64,000 nucleotides of DNA from Alphaproteobacteria bacterium BRH_c36 (GTDB lineage: Bacteria > Pseudomonadota > Alphaproteobacteria > Rhizobiales > Hyphomicrobiaceae): assembly GCA_001516065.1 (NCBI GenBank), contig LOEV01000150.1:1232-65231 (forward strand), read 5' to 3'. A program made the position numbers and the translations under genes. This document shows positions 31,324 to 39,858 of the stretch, one piece after another. The notes beneath the pieces are model-generated. The model searched no databases and was not told where the DNA came from. It saw only the letters and a program-made list of their open reading frames with translations. How positions within the stretch are numbered: position 1 is the stretch's first letter; each line of letters opens with the position of its first letter.

Positions 31324-32049
31324 ATGAGTGACGGTTCGAAGCCGAACATATCCTGGGAGCCGGGCGAAGTCCCGATGTCCGAAGAGTTCCAAGATACGTT
31401 CTATTCGCGCAATGACGGACGTGCGGAGGCCGCGTACGTTTTTCTTGGCGGGAACGGCTTTCCGGAACGCTTTGCCGAGCAGGACGGGTTCGTCATCGCG
31501 GAACTCGGATTCGGGACCGGGCTCAACTTTCTGGAAACCTGGCGCCAGTGGATTTCGGTGCGGCAGCCCGGCCAACATCTCAGCTTCGTCTCGTTCGAGT
31601 TGCTGCCGATCGGTGCGGAGGATATGGCGCGGGCGCTGGAGTGCTGGAGGGAGCTGGCGGGCCTCTCCGATGCGCTGCTGGAACGCTGGAGGGAGGCTGG
31701 ACAAGGTGATGTTCCGGGGTTCGATCGGACTCGGCAGTGGCAGATGGATTGGCAGACGCAACTGCGGGTCGTCGTCGGAGATGCCTGCGAGGAAGTCTCG
31801 CGCTGGAATGGGGCGGCGGATGCCTGGTTTCTCGACGGGTTTTCGCCGGCAAAGAACCCCGACATGTGGCGGGCGGAGTTGATGACGCGGGTGTTTGAAC
31901 GAACCGTTCCGGGTGGCAGCTTTGCGACCTACTCGGCGGCGGGCTGGGTTCGACGCAATCTGATGGCTGCGGGTTTCGAAATCGCAAAAAGGCCGGGATA
32001 TGGAGGCAAGCGCGAAATGATGGCGGGAGTGAAAACCCGAAGGGCCTGA
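31324..32049 (+). CDS. mnmD: tRNA mnm5s2U34 methyltransferase MnmD
   Basis: ELGFGTGLNFL, DAWFLDGFSPAKNPDMW, ATYSAAG, GKREM. Confidence 0.93.
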   Translation: MSDGSKPNISWEPGEVPMSEEFQDTFYSRNDGRAEAAYVFLGGNGFPERFAEQDGFVIAELGFGTGLNFLETWRQWISVRQPGQHLSFVSFELLPIGAEDMARALECWRELAGLSDALLERWREAGQGDVPGFDRTRQWQMDWQTQLRVVVGDACEEVSRWNGAADAWFLDGFSPAKNPDMWRAELMTRVFERTVPGGSFATYSAAGWVRRNLMAAGFEIAKRPGYGGKREMMAGVKTRRA

Positions 32050-32073
32050 ATCCGGCATGCGCCGCTCTTAATC

Positions 32074-32109
32074 AAACGGCCCGGACGAGCATGCCCGGGC
32101 CGCCGAAAA
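32074..32109. terminator. hairpin between convergent genes
   Basis: CGGCCCGG...CCGGGCCG stem flanked by A runs. Confidence 0.55.
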
Positions 32110-32126
32110 TTCCGAGGAATCGCGTG

Positions 32127-32303
32127 TCAGTCCTTGTAGGTCTTGACGGGTTTGTCGCCCCACTTCTCGCGCTGCTCGATGAGTTCTTTTATCGATTTTG
32201 TTGACAATGCCGGAAGGCCTCCGACCTTTTCTTCAGCGGCGAAGGCGGCCGGGGCAAAAGCAACGGAAGCGCCGATGGCAAGTACGAGAGCCGTTCTGAT
32301 CAT
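32127..32303 (-). CDS. small secreted protein, 58 aa (absent from the ORF track)
   Basis: AGGAGG SD; MIRTALVLAIGASVAFAPAAFA signal peptide with AFA cleavage site. Confidence 0.8.
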   Translation of the reverse strand: MIRTALVLAIGASVAFAPAAFAAEEKVGGLPALSTKSIKELIEQREKWGDKPVKTYKD

Positions 32304-32590
32304 GTCGTTCCTCCTGAGCGATTCTAAATGTTGAACGCAGATGACCGACGGGGCAACTGCACCGCGGTCACCAACGTATTACGATTTATGACGCCCAAAA
32401 TCAAAAACAATCCCCTTTTTAGATCGGAATTTCCGATCAGCAGAAGCAACGTCAGTGATATTGGTCAGGGCTACAAATCACGTCAGCCGGGAGGATGGGG
32501 ACGTGTCAAAGCTGGAGCCGACTGATAGGCAGTTGGGCGGGTTTTGGCGCGCCCATTTTTGAATTCCAGGCGTTGGCGGCTTTGCGGCGA

Positions 32591-32854
32591 TTACTTGTCG
32601 ATTGCCGCAGTTATGTCGTCGCTCACATTGGCGGCTTCAGCAAACTTTTCGGAAGTGCAGGCGTCTTCCATTTTCGTCAGAAGGTCTTCAATCTCTGTAG
32701 TTTTGGCGTCAGACAGGTTCTTGTCCTGTGCGGCTGTTGCCAGATCGAAGACCTGCTCCATGCAGTCCGCCGTAGACTTCGGCACGTCAGCGGCAATTGC
32801 ACCGCTTGTTGCCGTGAATGCCAGCGCAGCCGCGGCGATTATGCGTTTGATCAT
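32591..32854 (-). CDS. small secreted helical protein with two Cys, 87 aa
   Basis: GGAG SD; MIKRIIAAAALAFTATSGAIA signal peptide. Confidence 0.8.
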   Translation of the reverse strand: MIKRIIAAAALAFTATSGAIAADVPKSTADCMEQVFDLATAAQDKNLSDAKTTEIEDLLTKMEDACTSEKFAEAANVSDDITAAIDK

Positions 32855-33002
32855 TTTCGTTGCTCCGTTCAGCTAGCAGATCCGATTCCGTCGCTGTTTG
32901 TCGGGCAATTGTGGCTGTTCGACGGCTTGGATACACCGGCAGCGTTAAAGATCCGAGCGGAAATCGAACTGCAATCCGCAAATGCGCGGATGGTATTTCA
33001 GA

Positions 33003-33136
33003 CGGGTGTAGCGCACCTGACGTTTGGTTCCTGCAAGCGGCTGGCCTCGAAGCCAAACGTCAGGTGCAAAAGCGGCTCTGACATTTGCTCAGAAGTTCGC
33101 CGCACCGGGTGGCAAATGTCAGAACCGGAACCCTAG
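33003..33136. repeat. CTAG hairpin-module element, internally deleted copy (locus A)
   Basis: GCACCTGACGTTTGG/CCAAACGTCAGGTGC and TCTGACATTTGC/GCAAATGTCAGA stems, homologous to 37739-37905 and 57354-57522. Confidence 0.85.
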
Positions 33137-33841
33137 TTATCCAGGAACGGAGTGCCGCCGGTAGAGGAGGTCGTCGAGAGTCGTTATCAATTGCGTAGGG
33201 CAGTCGATGACGCGGTCGGCGCCGAGGTCGCGAGCGGGAACGTCGGTGTAGCCGAAGGAGACGGCAACAACCGGGATTCGGGCGGCTTTGGCGGTGGCGA
33301 CGTCGGTGGCGCTGTCGCCGATCATGACGGCCTTCAGAACACTGCCCGAGGCCATCTGAATCGTGCCGATGAGGTGATCGGGGTGAGGTTTATAGACCTT
33401 GAAGGTATCACGGCCGGCGATGGCGGAAAAATAGTTCGATAGGCTGAGCGCGTCGAGGAGGCGCCGCGAGAGGGCTTCGCGCTTGTTGGTGCAGACGGCA
33501 AGGCGGGCGCCGCGGTCTTTCAATGCCTCAAGCGCATCGACGATACCATCGTAGGGACGGCTGCGCTCCGCGATATTGGCTTCGTAATAGGTCAGGAACG
33601 TCGCCAGCAGGGCGTCGACATCACCCTCGGGCAAGATGTCGCCGTGGTGGGCGAGGGCTTCCTCCAACATGCGGCGAGCGCCGAAACTGATCCATTGGCG
33701 CAATTCGGCTTCGGGAACAGGGCCAAGATCGATGCCGGCGAGGGCGTGATTAGTTGCGTCAACCAGGTCAGGGGCGGTATCGACAAGCGTGCCGTCGAGG
33801 TCGAAGACGAGTGATACATCGTGCATGTCTGGCAGCTGCAT
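33137..33841 (-). CDS. gph: phosphoglycolate phosphatase-like HAD hydrolase
   Basis: FDLDGTLVDTAPDL, CTNK, KPHP, IGDS. Confidence 0.85.
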   Translation of the reverse strand: MQLPDMHDVSLVFDLDGTLVDTAPDLVDATNHALAGIDLGPVPEAELRQWISFGARRMLEEALAHHGDILPEGDVDALLATFLTYYEANIAERSRPYDGIVDALEALKDRGARLAVCTNKREALSRRLLDALSLSNYFSAIAGRDTFKVYKPHPDHLIGTIQMASGSVLKAVMIGDSATDVATAKAARIPVVAVSFGYTDVPARDLGADRVIDCPTQLITTLDDLLYRRHSVPG

Positions 33842-33990
33842 GGCTGAGCCTTCCGCCGGTCTCGAAGCTTTGAAGTTGGCAATGCTTGAATGGCAGCCGT
33901 CTGCTCCTTACACAATAACTTCGTCAAAGCCAGCCTATGATCCCTTTGCGCATCATAGCGGCCGGCTCCATACTCTGAAAGGATCCCGTC

Positions 33991-35436
33991 ATGGGTGAAG
34001 CGCCTTCGAAACTCATCAAGCAGCACGCCTACATCGATGGCCAATGGGTCGGTGAACCGGCGATGGTGGTGACCGACAAGGCGACGGGGGAAGTGATTGC
34101 GCGGGTGCCCGACATGGGCGTTGAAGAGACGCGGGCGGCTATCGAGGCCGCGTCCCGGGCATTTCCGGAATGGTCGCGGCGCACGGCCAAGGAGCGCGCG
34201 CAGATCCTGCGGCGCTGGTTTGATCTCATTATCGACAATGCCGACGAGCTGGCAATGATCTTGAGCTGCGAACAGGGCAAACCGCTGGCCGAAGCCAAGG
34301 GTGAGATCATGTACGGTTCCGGGTTCGTGGAGTTTTTCGCCGAGCAGGCAAAGCGCATCTACGGCGAAACGATCCCGACGTTCAAGGCGGATGCGCGCAT
34401 TGTCGTTATCAAGCAGCCGATCGGGGTCGTGGCAGCCATAACGCCGTGGAACTTCCCGAATGCAATGATCACGCGCAAGGTCATGCCTGCATTGGCGGCG
34501 GGCTGCACGGCGGTCGTCAAGCCGGCCGAGGATACGCCGCTGTCGGCGCTGGCACTCGCCGCGCTCGCCGAAGAAGCCGGCGTGCCTCCCGGGGTTCTCA
34601 ATATCGTCACGACATCCGATCCGGTGCCTGTCGGCAAGGAACTGACAACGAACGAAAAGGTGCGGGTCGTTACGTTCACGGGTTCGACCGAGGTCGGGCG
34701 CATCCTGATGCGGCAGTCCGCCGACACCATCAAGAAGGTGTCACTGGAACTCGGCGGCAATGCGCCATTCATCGTGTTCGACGATGCCGATCTCGAAAAG
34801 GCCGTGGCAGGTGCCATGGCGTCGAAATTCCGCAACGCCGGTCAGACGTGCGTGTGCGCCAACCGCATCTATGTGCAGGCGGGCGTTTATGAGGCATTCA
34901 GTGAAAAACTCGCCGCGGCGGTGGGCGCGCTGAAGGTCGGGCCCGGGCGCGAAGACGGTGTCGCCATTGGCCCGCTGATCAATACGGCTGGGTTGGCAAA
35001 GGTGGAAGAGCACGTCAGCGATGCTATCGCTAAGGGCGCAAAGGTGGTCACCGGCGGCAAACCGCACGCGCTGGGGGGTACGTTCTACGAGCCGACCGTC
35101 CTGACGGGCGTCACCGCGGACATGAAGGTTTCGCGCGAAGAGACGTTTGGACCGGTGGCGCCGTTGTTCCGCTTCGAAGACGAAGCCGACGTCGTCGCAC
35201 AGGCCAACGACACGCCCTTCGGACTTGCCGCCTATTTCTACGCGCGCGACATCGGTCGGGTCTGGCGGGTGGCAGAAGCGCTCGAATTCGGCATGGTCGG
35301 CATCAACGAAGGCGTCATGTCGAGCGAACTTGCCCCCTTCGGCGGCGTCAAGCAGTCCGGACTTGGCCGCGAGGGCTCGCACCACGGCATCGAGGAGTTT
35401 GTCGAGCAAAAATATTTGCTTATGGGCGGACTTTGA
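33991..35436 (+). CDS. gabD: NAD(P)-dependent succinate-semialdehyde dehydrogenase
   Basis: PWNFPNAMITRK, LELGGNAP, FRNAGQTCVCANR, EETFGP. Confidence 0.92.
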   Translation: MGEAPSKLIKQHAYIDGQWVGEPAMVVTDKATGEVIARVPDMGVEETRAAIEAASRAFPEWSRRTAKERAQILRRWFDLIIDNADELAMILSCEQGKPLAEAKGEIMYGSGFVEFFAEQAKRIYGETIPTFKADARIVVIKQPIGVVAAITPWNFPNAMITRKVMPALAAGCTAVVKPAEDTPLSALALAALAEEAGVPPGVLNIVTTSDPVPVGKELTTNEKVRVVTFTGSTEVGRILMRQSADTIKKVSLELGGNAPFIVFDDADLEKAVAGAMASKFRNAGQTCVCANRIYVQAGVYEAFSEKLAAAVGALKVGPGREDGVAIGPLINTAGLAKVEEHVSDAIAKGAKVVTGGKPHALGGTFYEPTVLTGVTADMKVSREETFGPVAPLFRFEDEADVVAQANDTPFGLAAYFYARDIGRVWRVAEALEFGMVGINEGVMSSELAPFGGVKQSGLGREGSHHGIEEFVEQKYLLMGGL

Positions 35437-35548
35437 GCATCGCGCGGCGGCCGGGTTTGCGGTAAGCCTGCGCGCTCATTCCCGGCCGCGCCGGCTCGCA
35501 TGCTCGAGTCGTGGCGGACTTCATCTTTTCAACGCATGAGGAACAAGC

Positions 35549-36268
35549 ATGTCAGCGGACGAACATAAGAAGATGGCGGCGATGCGCGCTGTCGAAATGG
35601 TTGAGCCGGGCATGCGCATCGGGCTCGGGACGGGGTCGACGGCGGCGCACTTCGTCGCCCTGCTCGGTGTCCGGGTCAAAGCCGGCCTATCGGTCATCTG
35701 CGTACCGACCTCGGAAGAAACGCGCAAACTTGCGGAATCCCGCGGCATCACGCTATCGACGCTCGAAGAAGTGCCTGAACTCGACATCACGTTCGATGGA
35801 GCCGACGAAATCGATGAAGAGCTGCGCATGATCAAGGGCGGCGGGGGGGCGCTCCTGCGCGAGAAGATCGTGGCGATGGCTTCCGACCGGGTGGTGATCA
35901 TGGTCGATGACAGCAAGCTGGTCGAAACGATCGGCGCCTACAAGCTTCCGGTCGAAGTCGTCCCATTCGGACTGACGGCGACGCGCGACATGATCGAGAC
36001 GTTGGCGGCGGACTGCGGCTGCGAGGGCGAACTCGAACTGCGCATGACGGCAGAGGGGCAGCCCTTCATAACCGACAACGGAAACTACATCCTCGATTGC
36101 GACTTCGGACGGATCGATGATGCCGAAGATCTCGACGACGCCTTGAAGTTCATCCCCGGCGTGGTGGAAAGCGGATTGTTCCTTGATATCTGCGATGTGG
36201 CCATCATCGCGGGCGACGAGGGCGTTCGGGTGATCGAAGCCAACCGCGACGAGGTCGACGAGGACTGA
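35549..36268 (+). CDS. rpiA: ribose-5-phosphate isomerase A
   Basis: [25 protein letters not shown]. Confidence 0.97.
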   Translation: MSADEHKKMAAMRAVEMVEPGMRIGLGTGSTAAHFVALLGVRVKAGLSVICVPTSEETRKLAESRGITLSTLEEVPELDITFDGADEIDEELRMIKGGGGALLREKIVAMASDRVVIMVDDSKLVETIGAYKLPVEVVPFGLTATRDMIETLAADCGCEGELELRMTAEGQPFITDNGNYILDCDFGRIDDAEDLDDALKFIPGVVESGLFLDICDVAIIAGDEGVRVIEANRDEVDED

Positions 36269-36321
36269 GCGGCTCGGGCGGCCCTGCGCTGCGCGCTGTC
36301 AGAATAGCGAAAAGAGGCTGC

Positions 36322-37701
36322 ATGACGGGACGTGACTTCGATCTCTTCGTCATCGGTGGCGGATCGGGTGGCGTGCGTGCTGCACGTATCGCGGCAGGCC
36401 ACGGCGCGCGGGTTGGTATTGCCGAGGAGTACCGCTTCGGCGGCACCTGTGTGATCCGGGGCTGCGTTCCCAAGAAGCTGCTGGTCTATGCGTCGCGCTA
36501 CGCGGAGGCGTTCGAGGATGCACACGGATTCGGCTGGAACCTGGAGGAGCCCTCGTTCAACTGGGATGGGCTCATCGCGGCCAAGGACAAGGAGATCGGG
36601 CGGCTTGAAGGTCTCTACCAGAAGGGGCTCGAGACGGCCGGTGTTAGAATGTTTACCGAGCGGGCGGTTTTCAAAGATCGCCACACCCTTCAGCTCTCTT
36701 CCGGTCGGACGGTGACAGCCGAGAAGATCCTGATCGCGACCGGCGGGACGCCCAACATCGAAGCAAAGCTCGAAGGCCGCGAGCACGTCATCACCTCGAA
36801 TGAGGCGTTTCACCTGGACAAACTGCCCGAGCGCATCGTGATCACGGGTGGCGGCTATATCGCGGTCGAATTTGCCGGTATCTTTGCCGGCCTCGGTGCC
36901 GAGACGACGCTGATCTATCGCGGCGAAAAGATCCTGCGCGGTTTCGATGAGGACCTGCGTGACGCAGTGAGCGAAGCGTACGGGAAACGCGGCATCCGCC
37001 TTATCCTTGGACATGTGTTCTCGAGAATCGAAAAAACCGGATCGGGCCTGGTCGGTCATCTCGACAATGGTGTCAATCTGGAGGCCGACCAGTTCATGTT
37101 CGCCATAGGCCGATCACCGAATGTCAGGGGCCTTGGGCTAGAAGCAGTGGGTGTCGAGCGGGGCTGGAACGGCCACATTGTCGTTGACGGCGAATCCCGC
37201 TCAAGCGTCGACAATATCTTCGCGGTCGGCGATGTCTGCGACCGGTTCAACCTGACGCCGGTGGCGATCCGTGAAGGGCATGCTTTCGCCGACACACAGT
37301 TCGGCGGCAAGCCGTGGCAAATCGATCACCAGCTGATCCCGACGGCAGTATTTTCGACGCCGGAGATCGGTACCGTCGGATTGCCCGAGCATCTGGCGAT
37401 CGAACATTGCAAGGTTCTCGACATCTACAAGTCGAGCTTCCGGCCCATGCGGGCGACGCTGTCGGGGCGCGATGAGAAGATGTTGATGAAGCTTCTTGTC
37501 GATGGCGAGAGCGGCAAAATCGTCGGCTGCCACGTCGTCGGCGACGATGCCGCCGAGATCGTTCAGATGGCGGCCATAGCCATGCGCATGGGCGCTCGCA
37601 AGGAAGACTTCGACAACACGATGGCGCTTCACCCTTCGGCGGCCGAAGAACTCGTCACGATGCGCAACAGAACCGAGACGCGACGGCAGGCCGCGGGATA
37701 A
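36322..37701 (+). CDS. gor: glutathione-disulfide reductase
   Basis: GGGSGG, GGTCVIRGCVPKK, HPSAAEE. Confidence 0.96.
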   Translation: MTGRDFDLFVIGGGSGGVRAARIAAGHGARVGIAEEYRFGGTCVIRGCVPKKLLVYASRYAEAFEDAHGFGWNLEEPSFNWDGLIAAKDKEIGRLEGLYQKGLETAGVRMFTERAVFKDRHTLQLSSGRTVTAEKILIATGGTPNIEAKLEGREHVITSNEAFHLDKLPERIVITGGGYIAVEFAGIFAGLGAETTLIYRGEKILRGFDEDLRDAVSEAYGKRGIRLILGHVFSRIEKTGSGLVGHLDNGVNLEADQFMFAIGRSPNVRGLGLEAVGVERGWNGHIVVDGESRSSVDNIFAVGDVCDRFNLTPVAIREGHAFADTQFGGKPWQIDHQLIPTAVFSTPEIGTVGLPEHLAIEHCKVLDIYKSSFRPMRATLSGRDEKMLMKLLVDGESGKIVGCHVVGDDAAEIVQMAAIAMRMGARKEDFDNTMALHPSAAEELVTMRNRTETRRQAAG

Positions 37702-37738
37702 ATCCTTGTTCGGGCGGTTGGAATAGGGTTTCTGTTGG

Positions 37739-37997
37739 CCAGTGTTCCGGTTCTGACATTTGCTTTCCCGTGCGGCCAGGTTCCGAGCAAATGTCAGAAC
37801 CATGAGGAACACTGGCAACACTAAGATTCTAGAGTAGCTTTTGCACCTGACGTTTGCTTTCGAGTCCAGCCGCAAGCGGGAACCAAACGTCTGACGGGCC
37901 ACTAGAAAAATCATGGACTTAATGTGGCGTTGATCGCTCCATAGTTGACACCTCGCCAGCCGCGCCGTCGGTCAACTATGGCGCGACGCCACACTAG
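37739..37997. repeat. array of three CTAG-type hairpin modules with 13-bp linkers (locus B)
   Basis: modules 37739-37815, 37829-37905, 37919-37997; 90-bp period. Confidence 0.9.
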
Positions 37998-38027
37998 GCA
38001 GGATAGACCGAAGCCGGAGAGTTTCCC

Positions 38028-38792
38028 GTGAGCCAGGCGCTACGCCTTGAAAACAAGATTGCCGTGGTGACTGGGTCGGCAGCCGGAATCGGACTTGCCA
38101 CCGCGCAGGCGTTCGCCCGCGAGGGGGCACACGTCTATCTCACCGACATCGATGGAGCACGGGCCGAGGATGCGGCGCGGGCGCTGACGGAGGACGGTCT
38201 CAAGGCAACCGCGATGGCGGTCGACGTTTCCAAGGGGCAGGACGTCACGGCGCTGTTTCGCGGCATCGAGCAGGGGCCGGGGCGTATCGACGTGCTGGTC
38301 AACAATGCCGGGCTCAATGTGCGTGAAGATTTCCGCCACCTGTCGGATGCCGACTGGGTCAAGATCCGTGAAGTGAACCTCGACGGTGTCGTGCGGATCG
38401 CGCGGGACGGTTTCAACCTGTTGAAGGCTTCCGGCAAGGGTTCACTGATCAACATCGCTTCAATCATGGGGCACCGCGGCCTGCGGCAGCTTGCCGGATA
38501 CTCGGCGACCAAGGGGGCGGTGTCGGCGCTGACGCGGGCGCTGGCGGTCGAATACGCGCCTTACGGAATCCGCGTCAACGCGCTGGCGCCGGGCTTCATC
38601 GAGACGGCATTGACAGAGCGGGTCCTGCGCAATCCGATGATCAACAAGGCGCTGATTGATCAGACGCCGATGAAACGGTTCGGCAGCGGGGAGGATGTGG
38701 CGGCGGCCGCCGTTTTTTTCGCCTCCGACGAATCCGGCTTCATCACGGGTGCCGAATTGGCCGTCGACGGGGGTATGTCGGCGGGGCTGTAG
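38028..38792 (+). CDS. short-chain dehydrogenase/reductase
   Basis: TGSAAGIG, NNAG, YSATK; GTG start. Confidence 0.95.
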   Translation: MSQALRLENKIAVVTGSAAGIGLATAQAFAREGAHVYLTDIDGARAEDAARALTEDGLKATAMAVDVSKGQDVTALFRGIEQGPGRIDVLVNNAGLNVREDFRHLSDADWVKIREVNLDGVVRIARDGFNLLKASGKGSLINIASIMGHRGLRQLAGYSATKGAVSALTRALAVEYAPYGIRVNALAPGFIETALTERVLRNPMINKALIDQTPMKRFGSGEDVAAAAVFFASDESGFITGAELAVDGGMSAGL

Positions 38793-38822
38793 GCGTGGCT
38801 TGGATTGATGAAAATGACAACC

Positions 38823-38988
38823 CTAGTGTGGCGTCTCGCAAATGTCTTCACCATTCGCGGCAGTCTTTCCAAGACATTTGCGAGGCTGAGCCACACTAGA
38901 AACATAGGTTTTCTAGTGTCGTTCAGTACCGCAAATACCGTGACGAGGTCGCGGCAAAGATGACGGTATTTGCGGTACACGACACTGG
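38823..38988. repeat. two CTAG-bounded hairpin modules with 13-bp linker (locus C)
   Basis: modules 38823-38899 and 38913-38988. Confidence 0.9.
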
Positions 38989-38995
38989 GGGACTT

Positions 38996-39622
38996 ATGAG
39001 AGCCGGATCGATCTCACAGGGCTTCGCTGCAGTCGTCTTAATGCTGGCGATCCTCGCCGCGCCAATCTGCGCCACGGCAGGCGACGGCGGTGTTTTCATC
39101 CTCGACAAGGAGCACACCAGCGTCCGCTTCAGCTACGAGCATCTAGGCATGTCATGGCAATCCGGGAGTTTCCGGGACGTCATCGGGCGGCTTGCCTTCG
39201 ACCCGGAACGTCCGGAAATGAGCGAACTCAACGTGACGATCAAGGTCGCCACGGTGACGACCGGGGTGCCGGCCTACGACCGTGTTCTGAGCGCCACCAA
39301 CGATTATCTCGATGCGGCGGCCTATCCCGATATCACCTTCACCAGCACGGCGGTTTCGGTGACAAGTGCAAAGACGGCGAATGTGACCGGCGACCTGACC
39401 ATCAACGGGGTGAGCAGGCCGGTGACGCTGGCGGTTGTATGGAACTTCCTCGGCGAGCATCCGCTGGCAAAGGTCAATCCGCTCTATCAGGGGGTGAATG
39501 CGGCTGGATTTTCCGCGCGAACGCAGATTTTGCGCTCCGAATGGGGGATATCGAGGGGGATCCCGCTGTTGTCGGACGAGATCCGCATTTCCATTGAAGC
39601 CGAACTGCACAGGCTTAATTAG
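38996..39622 (+). CDS. YceI-family periplasmic protein
   Basis: signal peptide, DKEHTSVRFSYEHLG, YPDITFTS, GDLTING. Confidence 0.9.
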   Translation: MRAGSISQGFAAVVLMLAILAAPICATAGDGGVFILDKEHTSVRFSYEHLGMSWQSGSFRDVIGRLAFDPERPEMSELNVTIKVATVTTGVPAYDRVLSATNDYLDAAAYPDITFTSTAVSVTSAKTANVTGDLTINGVSRPVTLAVVWNFLGEHPLAKVNPLYQGVNAAGFSARTQILRSEWGISRGIPLLSDEIRISIEAELHRLN

Positions 39623-39858
39623 AGCAACCGGGCGGCAAGACGACGACATTCGCCTTCCTACTTGGCCTTGGTGTGGGCGATGGCCTATAAGGCTCGCCAG
39701 AAGGACTTGCGCGAGACGGTCTGTGCTTCACATCAATGCAGCGGACGGTGTCCTCCCTCCATGTTGAGCCGGCCATGATGGACTGGCCATGATTGGACTG
39801 GAGGGCGCCGCGATCAGCAGGCGGGCGTGAGATAACGCGAATCTAGGAGTTTAAGAAT

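Noticed and set aside
30098-32049. Split MnmC as a novelty
   Set aside because: Separate methyltransferase and FAD-oxidase genes are already known in Alphaproteobacteria.
37739-38988. Integron attC array or CRISPR
   Set aside because: No RYYYAAC/GTTRRRY cores, no intI, no ORFs between adjacent modules, and modules differ in sequence; attC is used only as a structural analogy.
39775-39792. Trp-containing mini-ORF (MMDWP) as an attenuator for DAHP synthase
   Set aside because: Single Trp codon, no SD, no terminator; explained by the local duplication.
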